A stretch of 64,000 nt of DNA from Gammaproteobacteria bacterium (GTDB lineage: Bacteria > Pseudomonadota > Gammaproteobacteria > CBDBNL01 > JAAOII01). Positions 9,591 to 17,879 of the stretch are shown one piece after another. The notes below the pieces were generated by a model, which had not been told where the DNA came from, ran no database searches, and worked only from the letters and a program-made list of their open reading frames with translations. A program made the translations under genes and the position numbers. The first letter of the stretch is position 1. Every line of letters begins with the position of its first letter. The stretch spans positions 161,494 to 225,493 of the forward strand of contig OZ242303.1 in the NCBI GenBank assembly GCA_965207945.1, in the 5' to 3' direction.

Positions 9591-11387
9591 ATGGCGAGAC
9601 GTTCAATGTTAGGAAGGGCTGAATCGCTTAACCCTTCCGAGATGCTTCGCTCAATCAAAAAAAAATCTAATAGTGAAGATGAAATAACCTGGCGGCAGAT
9701 ATTCGGCAAGATACTGTCGCACCGCCGCATGCTTGTTAGGGCAAATTTATTAGCTCTTTTTTCAATGTTGGCTACAATTTCCTTGCCGCTGTTATTGCCA
9801 TTATTGATTGACGAGGTTGTGCTTAATCAGCCCGGACATATTATTCCAGCACTCAAGTCAATCATGCCACAAAATTGGGAAACCACTTATGGTTATGTGG
9901 TGGTTATAACTGTAGCAACAGTATGTTTACGTTCACTGGGGCTTTCGTTAGATGTCCTACATAGTAGAATATTTTCGGTGATTTCCAAAGACCTTATCTA
10001 TGATATAAGAATTAGAGCCCTCAGTTATTTGCGGCAAGTCCCCGTTAGTAATTTTGAGACATTAGGGGCGGGGAAAATAGCCAATCATTTCACCACCGAT
10101 ATAAACACGATTGATGACTTTACCAGTGTGGCGTTAAGTAAGTTCTTAATTGGCGTCCTTTCTTTATGTGGCGTGCTGTTTGTGATGATATGGATTAGCC
10201 CCTTACTGACGCTTTTTTTAGTTCTATTTAATCCAGCGGTTGGAGTCCTAACTCAGAAACTTGGCAAATATGTTAAGAATCTAAAAAAGAAAGAGAACGC
10301 AAGTTTAGAGATGTTTCAATTAGCTCTCACCGAAACATTTGATGCAATACGCCAGATAAAAGTGAGTAATCGTGAACGCCAATTTTTTAGCCATTTAGAT
10401 GTCCTATCTGAGGATGTCAAAGAGCAATCGGCGGAGTTTAGCTGGCGCAATGATGCAGCCGAAAAAATGAGCATGTTTGTTTTTATGTTTGGCTTTGATG
10501 TGTTTCGTGCCTTCGCCATACTATTAGTGGCAGTTACCACCCTCAGCATAGGAGAGATGTTTGCAATGATTGGCTACCTGTGGTTTATGCTGGGATCGGT
10601 GCAGTCCATATTACAAATACAGTATGGTTTTCATAGCGCGAATGGGGCTTTGGAAAGAATTAACGGCCTGCTGGCGATGCCGCGTGAGGAGGACTATGAA
10701 TGTAAAATAAACCCTTTTGTCAATAATGAGCCCGTATCTTTGCAAATTAAAAACCTTTCCTTTGGCTATAGCCAGCAGAATCTCATACTTAATGACATCT
10801 CGCTAAGTATAAAAGCAGGCGAGAAAGTGGGGATTAAAGGGGAAAGCGGTTGTGGTAAGTCCACCTTAGTGCAGGTGATTATGGGGTTGTATAGAATGAA
10901 TAGCGGGCAGATTTTTTATAATGATGTTGCGCTGGAAGATATAGGATACGCCACGGTTAGAGCTAATGTGGCGGCAGTGTTACAACATCCTTCGCAGCTT
11001 AATACCAGTTTGCGGGTTAATTTATGCTTGGGTAATGAATATACTGACGAAGAACTGTGGCAGGCACTGCGCGTGGCGCAGCTTGATGATATAGTTGAAA
11101 ATATGCCAAATAAGTTAGATAGCCAGATAGGGACTCGCGGAGTGCGTTTATCTGGCGGACAGCTACAGCGATTGGCTATTGCCCGCGTATTATTGACTCG
11201 TCCAAGTATGCTTATTCTGGACGAAGCAACTTCCGCGTTGGATGAGAATACCGAAGCAAAATTGCATAAATCTTTGAACGAGCAATTCACGCATATAACC
11301 GCTTTGATAGTTGCGCACAGAACCAGTGCTCTTAATCAAGCAGACCATGTATATGAAATGAAAGATGGTAGATTAATTCAGGTATAA
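9591..11387 (+). CDS. ABC exporter, fused permease/ATPase
   Basis: N-terminal TM region, Walker A GESGCGKS, LSGGQ signature, LILDEATSALD and AHR. Confidence 0.92.
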   Translation: MARRSMLGRAESLNPSEMLRSIKKKSNSEDEITWRQIFGKILSHRRMLVRANLLALFSMLATISLPLLLPLLIDEVVLNQPGHIIPALKSIMPQNWETTYGYVVVITVATVCLRSLGLSLDVLHSRIFSVISKDLIYDIRIRALSYLRQVPVSNFETLGAGKIANHFTTDINTIDDFTSVALSKFLIGVLSLCGVLFVMIWISPLLTLFLVLFNPAVGVLTQKLGKYVKNLKKKENASLEMFQLALTETFDAIRQIKVSNRERQFFSHLDVLSEDVKEQSAEFSWRNDAAEKMSMFVFMFGFDVFRAFAILLVAVTTLSIGEMFAMIGYLWFMLGSVQSILQIQYGFHSANGALERINGLLAMPREEDYECKINPFVNNEPVSLQIKNLSFGYSQQNLILNDISLSIKAGEKVGIKGESGCGKSTLVQVIMGLYRMNSGQIFYNDVALEDIGYATVRANVAAVLQHPSQLNTSLRVNLCLGNEYTDEELWQALRVAQLDDIVENMPNKLDSQIGTRGVRLSGGQLQRLAIARVLLTRPSMLILDEATSALDENTEAKLHKSLNEQFTHITALIVAHRTSALNQADHVYEMKDGRLIQV

Positions 11388-11394
11388 TTCATTT

Positions 11395-11940
11395 ATGAAA
11401 CTTTTTTTAGATTTTTTACCTATTATTGCATTTGTAGCTGCCTATTTTATTAGCGGTGATATTTACACTGCAACTGCATGGCTAATTGGCGGCAGTGCTG
11501 TGTTGGTGGCTGGCAATTGGTTTATGTTCCGTAAAGTGGATAAGATGCATCTTTTCACCTTTATTTTGCTCCTGTTATTTGGTGGGGCAACTTTGTTGTT
11601 GCGTGATCCACGGCTTATTCAATGGAAGCCAACAATTGCTACTTGGGTTCTTGCTCTGTTATTTTTTGGTAGTAAATTTATTGGTAAGAAACCAATTATA
11701 GAAAGATTACTCGGTAGTAAGATACAACTTCCGACTAAAGCTTGGTCGCGGTTAACTGATATGTGGGCGGCATTTTTTTTCATATCTGGGGCGGCAAATT
11801 TGTGGGTGTTTACCCAGTATAGCATGAGTAGCTGGGTGGCATTTAAGCTTTATGGTCAACTTGGACTAACTCTTGTATTTATAATTATTCAGGGAATTTA
11901 TATAAGTCGCAATATTCCACTGACGGAATATAAAAAATAA
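11395..11940 (+). CDS. yciB: Inner-membrane protein YciB (septation protein A family)
   Basis: MKLFLDFLP, DIYTAT, FGGATL, IQWKPTI and WVAFKLYG motifs. Confidence 0.92.
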   Translation: MKLFLDFLPIIAFVAAYFISGDIYTATAWLIGGSAVLVAGNWFMFRKVDKMHLFTFILLLLFGGATLLLRDPRLIQWKPTIATWVLALLFFGSKFIGKKPIIERLLGSKIQLPTKAWSRLTDMWAAFFFISGAANLWVFTQYSMSSWVAFKLYGQLGLTLVFIIIQGIYISRNIPLTEYKK

Positions 11941-11984
11941 ATAACTTATCATTCAACTTATTCAATTTATTCAAATTATTATTA

Positions 11985-12890
11985 ATGGATAGCAAAGATT
12001 TTGGCTTAGAGCTGATGCATACAGTCACTGGACTGGAACATCTTCACTATGGCTTTTGGGACAAGAAAACTAAACCTACTCTTATGAAGTTTCCTGCGGC
12101 GCAGGAAAAATACACTAACTTACTTCTTGACCTAATCAAAAAGCGCGAACAAAAGATGAAGGGCAAAATGGAGGGTAAAGTTAAATCTAAGCCACTGAGG
12201 ATTTTGGATGTGGGGTGCGGCAGTGGAACTACCTTATGCCGCTTATTAGGACAAGGATACAAGGTGGATGGCATAGTCCCTTCTGATTATTTATATGCCG
12301 CAGCCAAGGAAAAAGTAAAGAGAGAATTAAAACTTAATAAAAAGGCAAAATATGCCAAAGAATCAAAAGTATTCAAATGTATTTTTGAGGAAATACTACA
12401 ACAAAAGCCCTTGCGTAAATATGATATAGTGCTATTTAGCGAGAGTTTTCAATATATTAAATTTAATGATTCTTATCCTATTTTGCGCCAACTTCTTAAT
12501 CCCGCAGGCGAGATAATAATCGCCGATTTTTTTAGAATCTCCCAAGCTAAGGATCCGAGCTCTTTTGGTGGTGGACATTTTTTACCTAATTTTTATAACA
12601 GAACTAAGGATGAGCGTTTCCGCATGATTTCCGATAAGGACATAACTGCTAACATGCTGCCTAATATTGAACTATTGGATAATATGCTAATGCATAGAGG
12701 ACTTCCTGCTTTGCATCTGTTGGATTCATTTTTATTATTTCGTCATAACATCATCTATAAAATGGTGAAGTTTTTATTCCGCCGTATATTTGCCAGAATT
12801 AAGCATAAGTATTTTTCTGGTAATCGTAATGCAAAGAACTTTGCCAAGTATAAAAGCTACAGAATAATGGTGTTGGCACCAGGCAAGTAG
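11985..12890 (+). CDS. Class I SAM-dependent methyltransferase
   Basis: HLHYGFW, ILDVGCGSG and FSESFQY motifs. Confidence 0.85.
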   Translation: MDSKDFGLELMHTVTGLEHLHYGFWDKKTKPTLMKFPAAQEKYTNLLLDLIKKREQKMKGKMEGKVKSKPLRILDVGCGSGTTLCRLLGQGYKVDGIVPSDYLYAAAKEKVKRELKLNKKAKYAKESKVFKCIFEEILQQKPLRKYDIVLFSESFQYIKFNDSYPILRQLLNPAGEIIIADFFRISQAKDPSSFGGGHFLPNFYNRTKDERFRMISDKDITANMLPNIELLDNMLMHRGLPALHLLDSFLLFRHNIIYKMVKFLFRRIFARIKHKYFSGNRNAKNFAKYKSYRIMVLAPGK

Positions 12891-12920
12891 TTTCTTAAAA
12901 ATAGTTTATAATTATTACTA

Positions 12921-13409
12921 ATGATTAAACTAAACGTAAAAATCCCAGATTTTGTTGCCTCGGCTACAAACGGTGAACTGTCCCTTAAATCATATCTCGG
13001 CAAGGTATTGGTTTTGTATTTTTATCCGCGTGATAATACTTCAGGGTGCACTGTAGAAAGCCAGGACTTTGATGCTAGTTATGGTAAATTTAAAGCAGCT
13101 AACGCTGAGGTCATAGGGGTGTCTCGCGATACTATGAAATCTCACCATAAGTTCATTGAAAAATATGGGTTCTCATTTCCTTTGATTGCGGATCCTGAAG
13201 AGGAGTTGTGTAATAAATTTAATGTAATGAGGGATAAGAACATGTATGGCAAAAAAGTTAGAGGGATAGAAAGGAGCACTTTTATAATTGACACTGATGG
13301 AATTTTACGCCGTGAATGGCGCAAGGTTAAGATACCTGGGCATGTTGAGGAGGTTCTTGCGGATGTCAAAAAAATAGCAGCGGGTGAAGCGTTGCAAGAA
13401 CAAGAGTAA
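12921..13409 (+). CDS. bcp: Peroxiredoxin Bcp/PrxQ
   Basis: LYFYPRDNTSGCT, GVSRD, GIERSTF and WRKVKIPGH motifs. Confidence 0.92.
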   Translation: MIKLNVKIPDFVASATNGELSLKSYLGKVLVLYFYPRDNTSGCTVESQDFDASYGKFKAANAEVIGVSRDTMKSHHKFIEKYGFSFPLIADPEEELCNKFNVMRDKNMYGKKVRGIERSTFIIDTDGILRREWRKVKIPGHVEEVLADVKKIAAGEALQEQE

Positions 13410-13427
13410 CTGAGGGGAAAATATATT

Positions 13428-14033
13428 ATGTTAGCTGACTTTGAACTATATTCATGGAATCGCGGTAACGCCTTGGCGCCTGTGTTGTTTTTGGAAGAAA
13501 CCAAGACATCCTATCACTTGATTCCCTCTAACCCCGAGTCCCGTTCGGTAACCAAAGAATTAAAGAAGATTAATCCTTTGGGCGACATTCCAGTTTTGGT
13601 TGACCGCCGCAAAGGCAAGAATAGTACATCGGTGTTCGGCACCTCTGCTATATTATGCTATCTAGCTTTTGATGCGAAAAAGCTTTTACCTAACGCTCCC
13701 TCTTTGTATGCCGCATCATTGCAGTGGCTTTTTTGGCAGGAACGAGTTATTCAAGGCAACACTACGGTATATGGAGAAACATCGGATGACAAGTTAAAAG
13801 TGAAGTGCCGCACTCTACTTAAAAAAGCATTTAAAAAGATTGATAGCCGACTAAAACAAAGTAATTACATTGCAGAAGAGTTCTCTATTGCAGATATTTC
13901 CCTGTTTTTCTCAATTCGCAAGCCAGAAGATTATGGTATTTGGATAAACGAATATCCCAATATCCGTAATTGGATGACACGAATTAATGCGCGCAACGCC
14001 ACCAAAAAATCCCTCACCATAACCTTCTATTAA
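13428..14033 (+). CDS. Glutathione S-transferase family protein (YfcG/YghU-like, divergent)
   Basis: INPLGDIPVLVD, QWLFWQ, FSIADIS and YPNIRNW motifs. Confidence 0.8.
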   Translation: MLADFELYSWNRGNALAPVLFLEETKTSYHLIPSNPESRSVTKELKKINPLGDIPVLVDRRKGKNSTSVFGTSAILCYLAFDAKKLLPNAPSLYAASLQWLFWQERVIQGNTTVYGETSDDKLKVKCRTLLKKAFKKIDSRLKQSNYIAEEFSIADISLFFSIRKPEDYGIWINEYPNIRNWMTRINARNATKKSLTITFY

Positions 14034-14110
14034 TTCACAGCTAAGCGCTTCTGCGTGTGGCTTGAATTAACAGCACCAATCTGGTGCTTGAACTAATAAC
14101 GCGCATATTT

Positions 14111-14256
14111 ATGATGCATAAATTCTCGCGATGTCTATATATGTGTGTTGCTAAAATTAACAATGTGCTTATATATGATGCATAAATTCTTGCGATAAAG
14201 GTCTGTAGGGGCGGAGCTGCGCTCCGCCCGCAAAATGCATAACTCCCACAACAAAC
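14111..14256 (+). repeat. REP-like element with two upstream ATGATGCATAAATTCTYGCGAT units
   Basis: GTAGGGGCGGAGCTGCGCTCCGCCCGCAAAATGC at 14205 is identical to the core at 5969. The 22-bp unit occurs at 14111 and 14175. Confidence 0.88.
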
Positions 14257-14764
14257 TTGAATATGGAGACAGAATTATTTATAATAAATGATAGGGGTAG
14301 TCACTAGTGAACATAGTAGTGGAGGGAAATAATGTCGGTAGTTTCTTCCCCAGAATTAGATATTCCTATAAAAGGAATTTTTATACAATGGTAAATTAAC
14401 TAAAACTATAATTATGAAAGAAAAAATTATTAATATTGTTGAGGATTTCTCTGAAATGCCTTATGGTAGTACTGATGAACATGGTCCTGCAAATGGAGCG
14501 GCATTCCGCAAAATGTTGATGGATGCTATGAAGGAAAATGATGTTGTGAAAGTGGACTACAAGGGTTTAGTTTTCCTTCCTGGTTCTACTTTTCTGGATG
14601 AAGCATTTGGCGCTCTGACGCGAGTTGAGGGATACACCCAATCTTATCTTAATGAGCACCTGCAAATAATCAACTCATCTGAATATTCAAAGAAATTAAT
14701 TAAGAGTGAAATAGCAGAAGGTGTAGAAGAAAGACGTATCGGAAGGAAAATAGAGGTCGCCTGA
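14256..14764 (+). repeat. Left arm of ~510-bp inverted duplication (partner 16714-17222)
   Basis: 158-nt upstream region with 5 mismatches plus the STAS-like CDS. Confidence 0.95.
14414..14764 (+). CDS. STAS-like domain protein (DUF4325 type), copy 1
   Basis: INIVEDFSEMPYG..G..NG..FR and GSTFLDEAFGAL motifs. 116 aa. Confidence 0.8.
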   Translation: MKEKIINIVEDFSEMPYGSTDEHGPANGAAFRKMLMDAMKENDVVKVDYKGLVFLPGSTFLDEAFGALTRVEGYTQSYLNEHLQIINSSEYSKKLIKSEIAEGVEERRIGRKIEVA

Positions 14765-14791
14765 GTAAACCAGAGACAAAATTCCTCTTTT

Positions 14792-14841
14792 GTCGGGGCG
14801 AGGATGGCGTGGACGGAACACGGCTCTAACCCTACAGATAC
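14792..14841. repeat. Degenerate inverted pair of REP-like units
   Basis: gtcggggcgag ... ctctaaccctacagatac. The CCCTACAGATAC end recurs near 20794. Confidence 0.6.
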
Positions 14842-14856
14842 ACTTTACATTTAAAA

Positions 14857-15237
14857 ATGGTAATCCTTAAAACCCAAACTGACGAAGCACCCTCTTTTTG
14901 TGAAATGGTTTACGAACTTATTTCCATGGTACCACACGGTAAGGTTACAACCTACAAAGATATAGCAGAAAATCTTGGCTACCCTGGTTATGCTCGTCAA
15001 ACTGCATATTGCCTAAGCCGCTTGGCTACAGCAGATACAAATAATGTATATAAAGACGTCCCCTGGCATAGAGTTATTCGCAGTGATATGAAGGTGGCTT
15101 TTGAACCAGCGTCTGATAAATTCAAACTGCAACATAGTATGTTGCGAAAAGAAGGAGTGGTACCTAATGCAGCCCCCAAGACACCCATCAAGTCACAAAA
15201 GTTTCCATCTAAGTATCGCTATAAGTTTGGGGAATAA
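14857..15237 (+). CDS. Alkyltransferase-like protein (MGMT family, ATL/YbaZ type)
   Basis: VPHGKVTTYKDIA and PWHRV, with Trp in place of the catalytic Cys. Confidence 0.88.
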   Translation: MVILKTQTDEAPSFCEMVYELISMVPHGKVTTYKDIAENLGYPGYARQTAYCLSRLATADTNNVYKDVPWHRVIRSDMKVAFEPASDKFKLQHSMLRKEGVVPNAAPKTPIKSQKFPSKYRYKFGE

Positions 15238-15286
15238 TAATAGGGGAAGATTAATAGGATAACAATAGGATAATATTTCCTGTTAG

Positions 15287-16225
15287 TTAACCAAAAATTA
15301 TTCCAGCCAGCAGTAACCAACCAAACCAATGATTATTACGAAAGCTGACTAAACACCTGCTTTCATTTTTATAACCTTCGGTAAAGAAGTAAAAGTAAAC
15401 CAATAACCCAGCCGCGCATATAAGAGCAGTATAGAAAACCATGCCTGCTTGCATCATCAAACCTACTGCCAATAAAACACCAAGCATCGTCAACTGCAAT
15501 CCAACTATAACCTTAGGAGTTACTTTGCCGAAATACAGTGCCCCCGAATGAATGCCGATACTAATATCATCTTTTCTATCACAAATTGCGTATTGCAAAT
15601 CATAAGAGATTATCCATAATATATTTGCAGCAAACAACAACCATGCCAGTGCCGAGAGTTGGTTGGCAACTGCCGCATAAGACATTATGCAGCCCCAACC
15701 GAATACCAAACCAAGCACTAACTGTGGGACAGCTATAAATCTTTTACTAAGTGGATAGATTACAGTGCCAACGACTGCAGCGATACTCAAGTACCCGACA
15801 AGCGGGTTAAGTAGCAAAACCAAATACACAGCTACCAACATAAGCATAACAAAAAGCAGCAGTGCTCCCTTGCGAGTAATTTCTTTGCTTGCGAGTGGAC
15901 GACTCTTGGTGCGTGCCACCTGTGGGTCCAAGTCGGCATCCCAAACATCATTGATAATGCAGCCAGCGCTACGAGTTATGAGTGCCCCAATTATGATGAT
16001 AAGTACCAGCGCCGGTAGAGGAGGGGTGAAATTATATTCACCAGATAACACTGAGGTTAATATTAGCCCCATAATGGAAGGAGCTAAATCATAGCCGTAT
16101 TGATTAACCGCAGCCGCCAATCCCCACAAGGAAGGAGCCAGCAACAAGTAAAAGCCCGCTGGTTGATGCCAGCGCATCAATCTTATATATGGTGATATAT
16201 GCTGTTGAATTGTGTGAGTTGCCAT
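15287..16225 (-). CDS. ubiA: 4-hydroxybenzoate polyprenyltransferase
   Basis: RSAGCIINDVWDADLD..V.RT..RPL, YPLSKR and YDLQYAICDRKDD motifs. Confidence 0.93.
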   Translation of the reverse strand: MATHTIQQHISPYIRLMRWHQPAGFYLLLAPSLWGLAAAVNQYGYDLAPSIMGLILTSVLSGEYNFTPPLPALVLIIIIGALITRSAGCIINDVWDADLDPQVARTKSRPLASKEITRKGALLLFVMLMLVAVYLVLLLNPLVGYLSIAAVVGTVIYPLSKRFIAVPQLVLGLVFGWGCIMSYAAVANQLSALAWLLFAANILWIISYDLQYAICDRKDDISIGIHSGALYFGKVTPKVIVGLQLTMLGVLLAVGLMMQAGMVFYTALICAAGLLVYFYFFTEGYKNESRCLVSFRNNHWFGWLLLAGIIFG

Positions 16226-16248
16226 TGCTACTTTGCTACATAAAAAAG

Positions 16249-16580
16249 AGATGAGTTAATCTGTAAGCCGGGTTCTGTTATAGACAGCCATCCATCTAAG
16301 CGATTCACCCGCGCCCACTGCGAGCAACAGTAATGGACGCTGTTTAATCTTGCTTCAAACGGGGTTTACCCTGCCGCCGCTGTTACCAGCAACGCGGTGC
16401 GCTCTTACCGCACCATTTCACCCTTGCCTCAATCATAAAGAATGTGGCGGTATATTTTCTGTGGCACTTTCCGTGGGCTCGCGCCCCCCGACATAATCGG
16501 CGTTTTGCTCTATGAAGCCCGGACTTTCCTCCCCGATTATGCTTGCGCATAATCAAAGCGACTGCCCAATTAACTCATCT
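16249..16580 (-). ncRNA. rnpB: RNase P RNA, bacterial type A, lacking helix P18
   Basis: Minus strand has GAGGAAAGUCCGGGC, AGUGCCACAGAAA, GGUAAGAGCGCACC, GGUAAACCCC and ACAGAACCCGGCUUA. P1 is AGAUGAGUUAAU / AUUAACUCAUCU. Confidence 0.97.
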
Positions 16581-16585
16581 GTTAT

Positions 16586-16615
16586 ATTTTATGGCATTTT
16601 TAGCGCAATTAGCAA
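16586..16615 (-). promoter_or_regulatory. Putative sigma70 promoter of rnpB
   Basis: TTGCTA-18 nt-TAAAAT ending 5 nt before the P1 5' end. Confidence 0.55.
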
Positions 16616-16649
16616 TTATATCCCTCCTTACCTTTTACCTTGAACTAAA

Positions 16650-16687
16650 GATGCAGGTCTGTTGTAGAGGCTAACGATGCTAGCCTC
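16650..16687 (+). repeat. Variant GTAG REP-like hairpin
   Basis: GATGCAGGTCTGT (as at 5958) followed by GTA GAGGCTA acgatgc TAGCCTC. Confidence 0.65.
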
Positions 16688-16713
16688 ACACTTATGTATA
16701 GTTTCTAAGTTAC

Positions 16714-17064
16714 TTAGAGAGCTGGTATTCTCTTTCCAGTGCGTCTTTCTTCTACACCATTTGATATTTCTCTCTCAATTGTTTTTTTTGAACATTCAGA
16801 TGAATTGATTATTTGCAGGTGCTCATTAAGATAAGATTGGGTGTATCCTTCAACGCGTGTAAGAGCGCCAAATGCTTCATCCAGAAAAGTAGAGCCAGGA
16901 AGGAAAATTAAACCCTCGTAGTCCACTTTTACAATATCATTTTCTTTCATAGCATCCATCAACATTTTGCGGAATGCTGCTCCGTTTGCAGGTCCATGTT
17001 CATCAGTACTACCATAAGGCATTTCAGAGAAATCCTCAACAATATTAATAGTTTTTTCTTTCAT
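16714..17064 (-). CDS. STAS-like domain protein (DUF4325 type), copy 2
   Basis: Paralog of 14414-14764: 5 amino-acid differences in the first 93 codons and a divergent C-terminus. Confidence 0.8.
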   Translation of the reverse strand: MKEKTINIVEDFSEMPYGSTDEHGPANGAAFRKMLMDAMKENDIVKVDYEGLIFLPGSTFLDEAFGALTRVEGYTQSYLNEHLQIINSSECSKKTIEREISNGVEERRTGKRIPAL

Positions 17065-17222
17065 AATTATAATTTTAGTTAATTGACCATTGTATAAAAA
17101 TTCCTTTTATAGGAATATCTAATTCTGGGGAAGAAACTACCGACATTATTTCCCTCCACTACTATGTTCACTAGTGACTACCCCTATTACTTATTATAAA
17201 TAATTCTGCCTCCATATTCAAG
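16714..17222 (-). repeat. Right arm of ~510-bp inverted duplication
   Basis: Reverse complement aligns to 14256-14764 without gaps. Confidence 0.95.
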
Positions 17223-17228
17223 CTTTTA

Positions 17229-17693
17229 TCAATTCAAAGAATTCTTTATATTCTTATTATGATACTTATCTATAAATGACTTTTCAAGTTGGTATTTAAT
17301 TGTAAGCATGTTGTTACTTATTTTAAATACTCTCACCTCTATTTTTAATGCATCTAACTTTTGAATATGTTCAATACCTTCTGTACATATATTTTGAAGT
17401 TCCTTATATGGAAATTCATCTATGGCAATATAGTTGTTCAAAATATTCACATACTGTTCAAACCATTCATATTGTGACATGATTTTTGCAACAATATGGC
17501 GATTAGAAGAACTATTGCTATTAGATAATATCCAAATATTTATAGATTCTTTTTCCAATTCCACAAGAATATCAATTGCTCGGGTAACCAATCCACGTAT
17601 CTCAGCTCTTTCGCTGTTCTTTTTTGCTATCGCATATATAACCATCCAGCCAATAACTGTAAGCGCAATAGGCATTATCATTAAAATCTCCAT
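17229..17693 (-). CDS. Hypothetical single-TM protein
   Basis: N-terminal TM ending IGWMVIY followed by ERAEIR. Very AT-rich. Resembles, from memory, the membrane proteins encoded next to DUF4325 genes. Confidence 0.6.
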   Translation of the reverse strand: MEILMIMPIALTVIGWMVIYAIAKKNSERAEIRGLVTRAIDILVELEKESINIWILSNSNSSSNRHIVAKIMSQYEWFEQYVNILNNYIAIDEFPYKELQNICTEGIEHIQKLDALKIEVRVFKISNNMLTIKYQLEKSFIDKYHNKNIKNSLN

Positions 17694-17879
17694 ACTTATG
17701 TGATTATTATTTCTTTATTACATTCTATTATTCATATTGTTCATAGTATATTTTTTCAGAGTTCTTATCTTTTCTTATTTAAGGGTTATTATTATTAATT
17801 CAAGTGTAAGTCGTCTTATATTTATAAAAACTTTATAATAGCAAGAATATATTATTATTAAAGCAATGAGACACATATT

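Noticed and set aside
14034-14204. tRNA or other structured RNA in the spacer after the GST gene
   Set aside because: No cloverleaf or T-loop motif. Only a short AGCACCA/TGGTGCT hairpin and units of the repeat family.
14256-17222. Composite transposon with IS arms
   Set aside because: The arms encode STAS-like proteins, not transposases. I found no terminal inverted repeats or target duplication.
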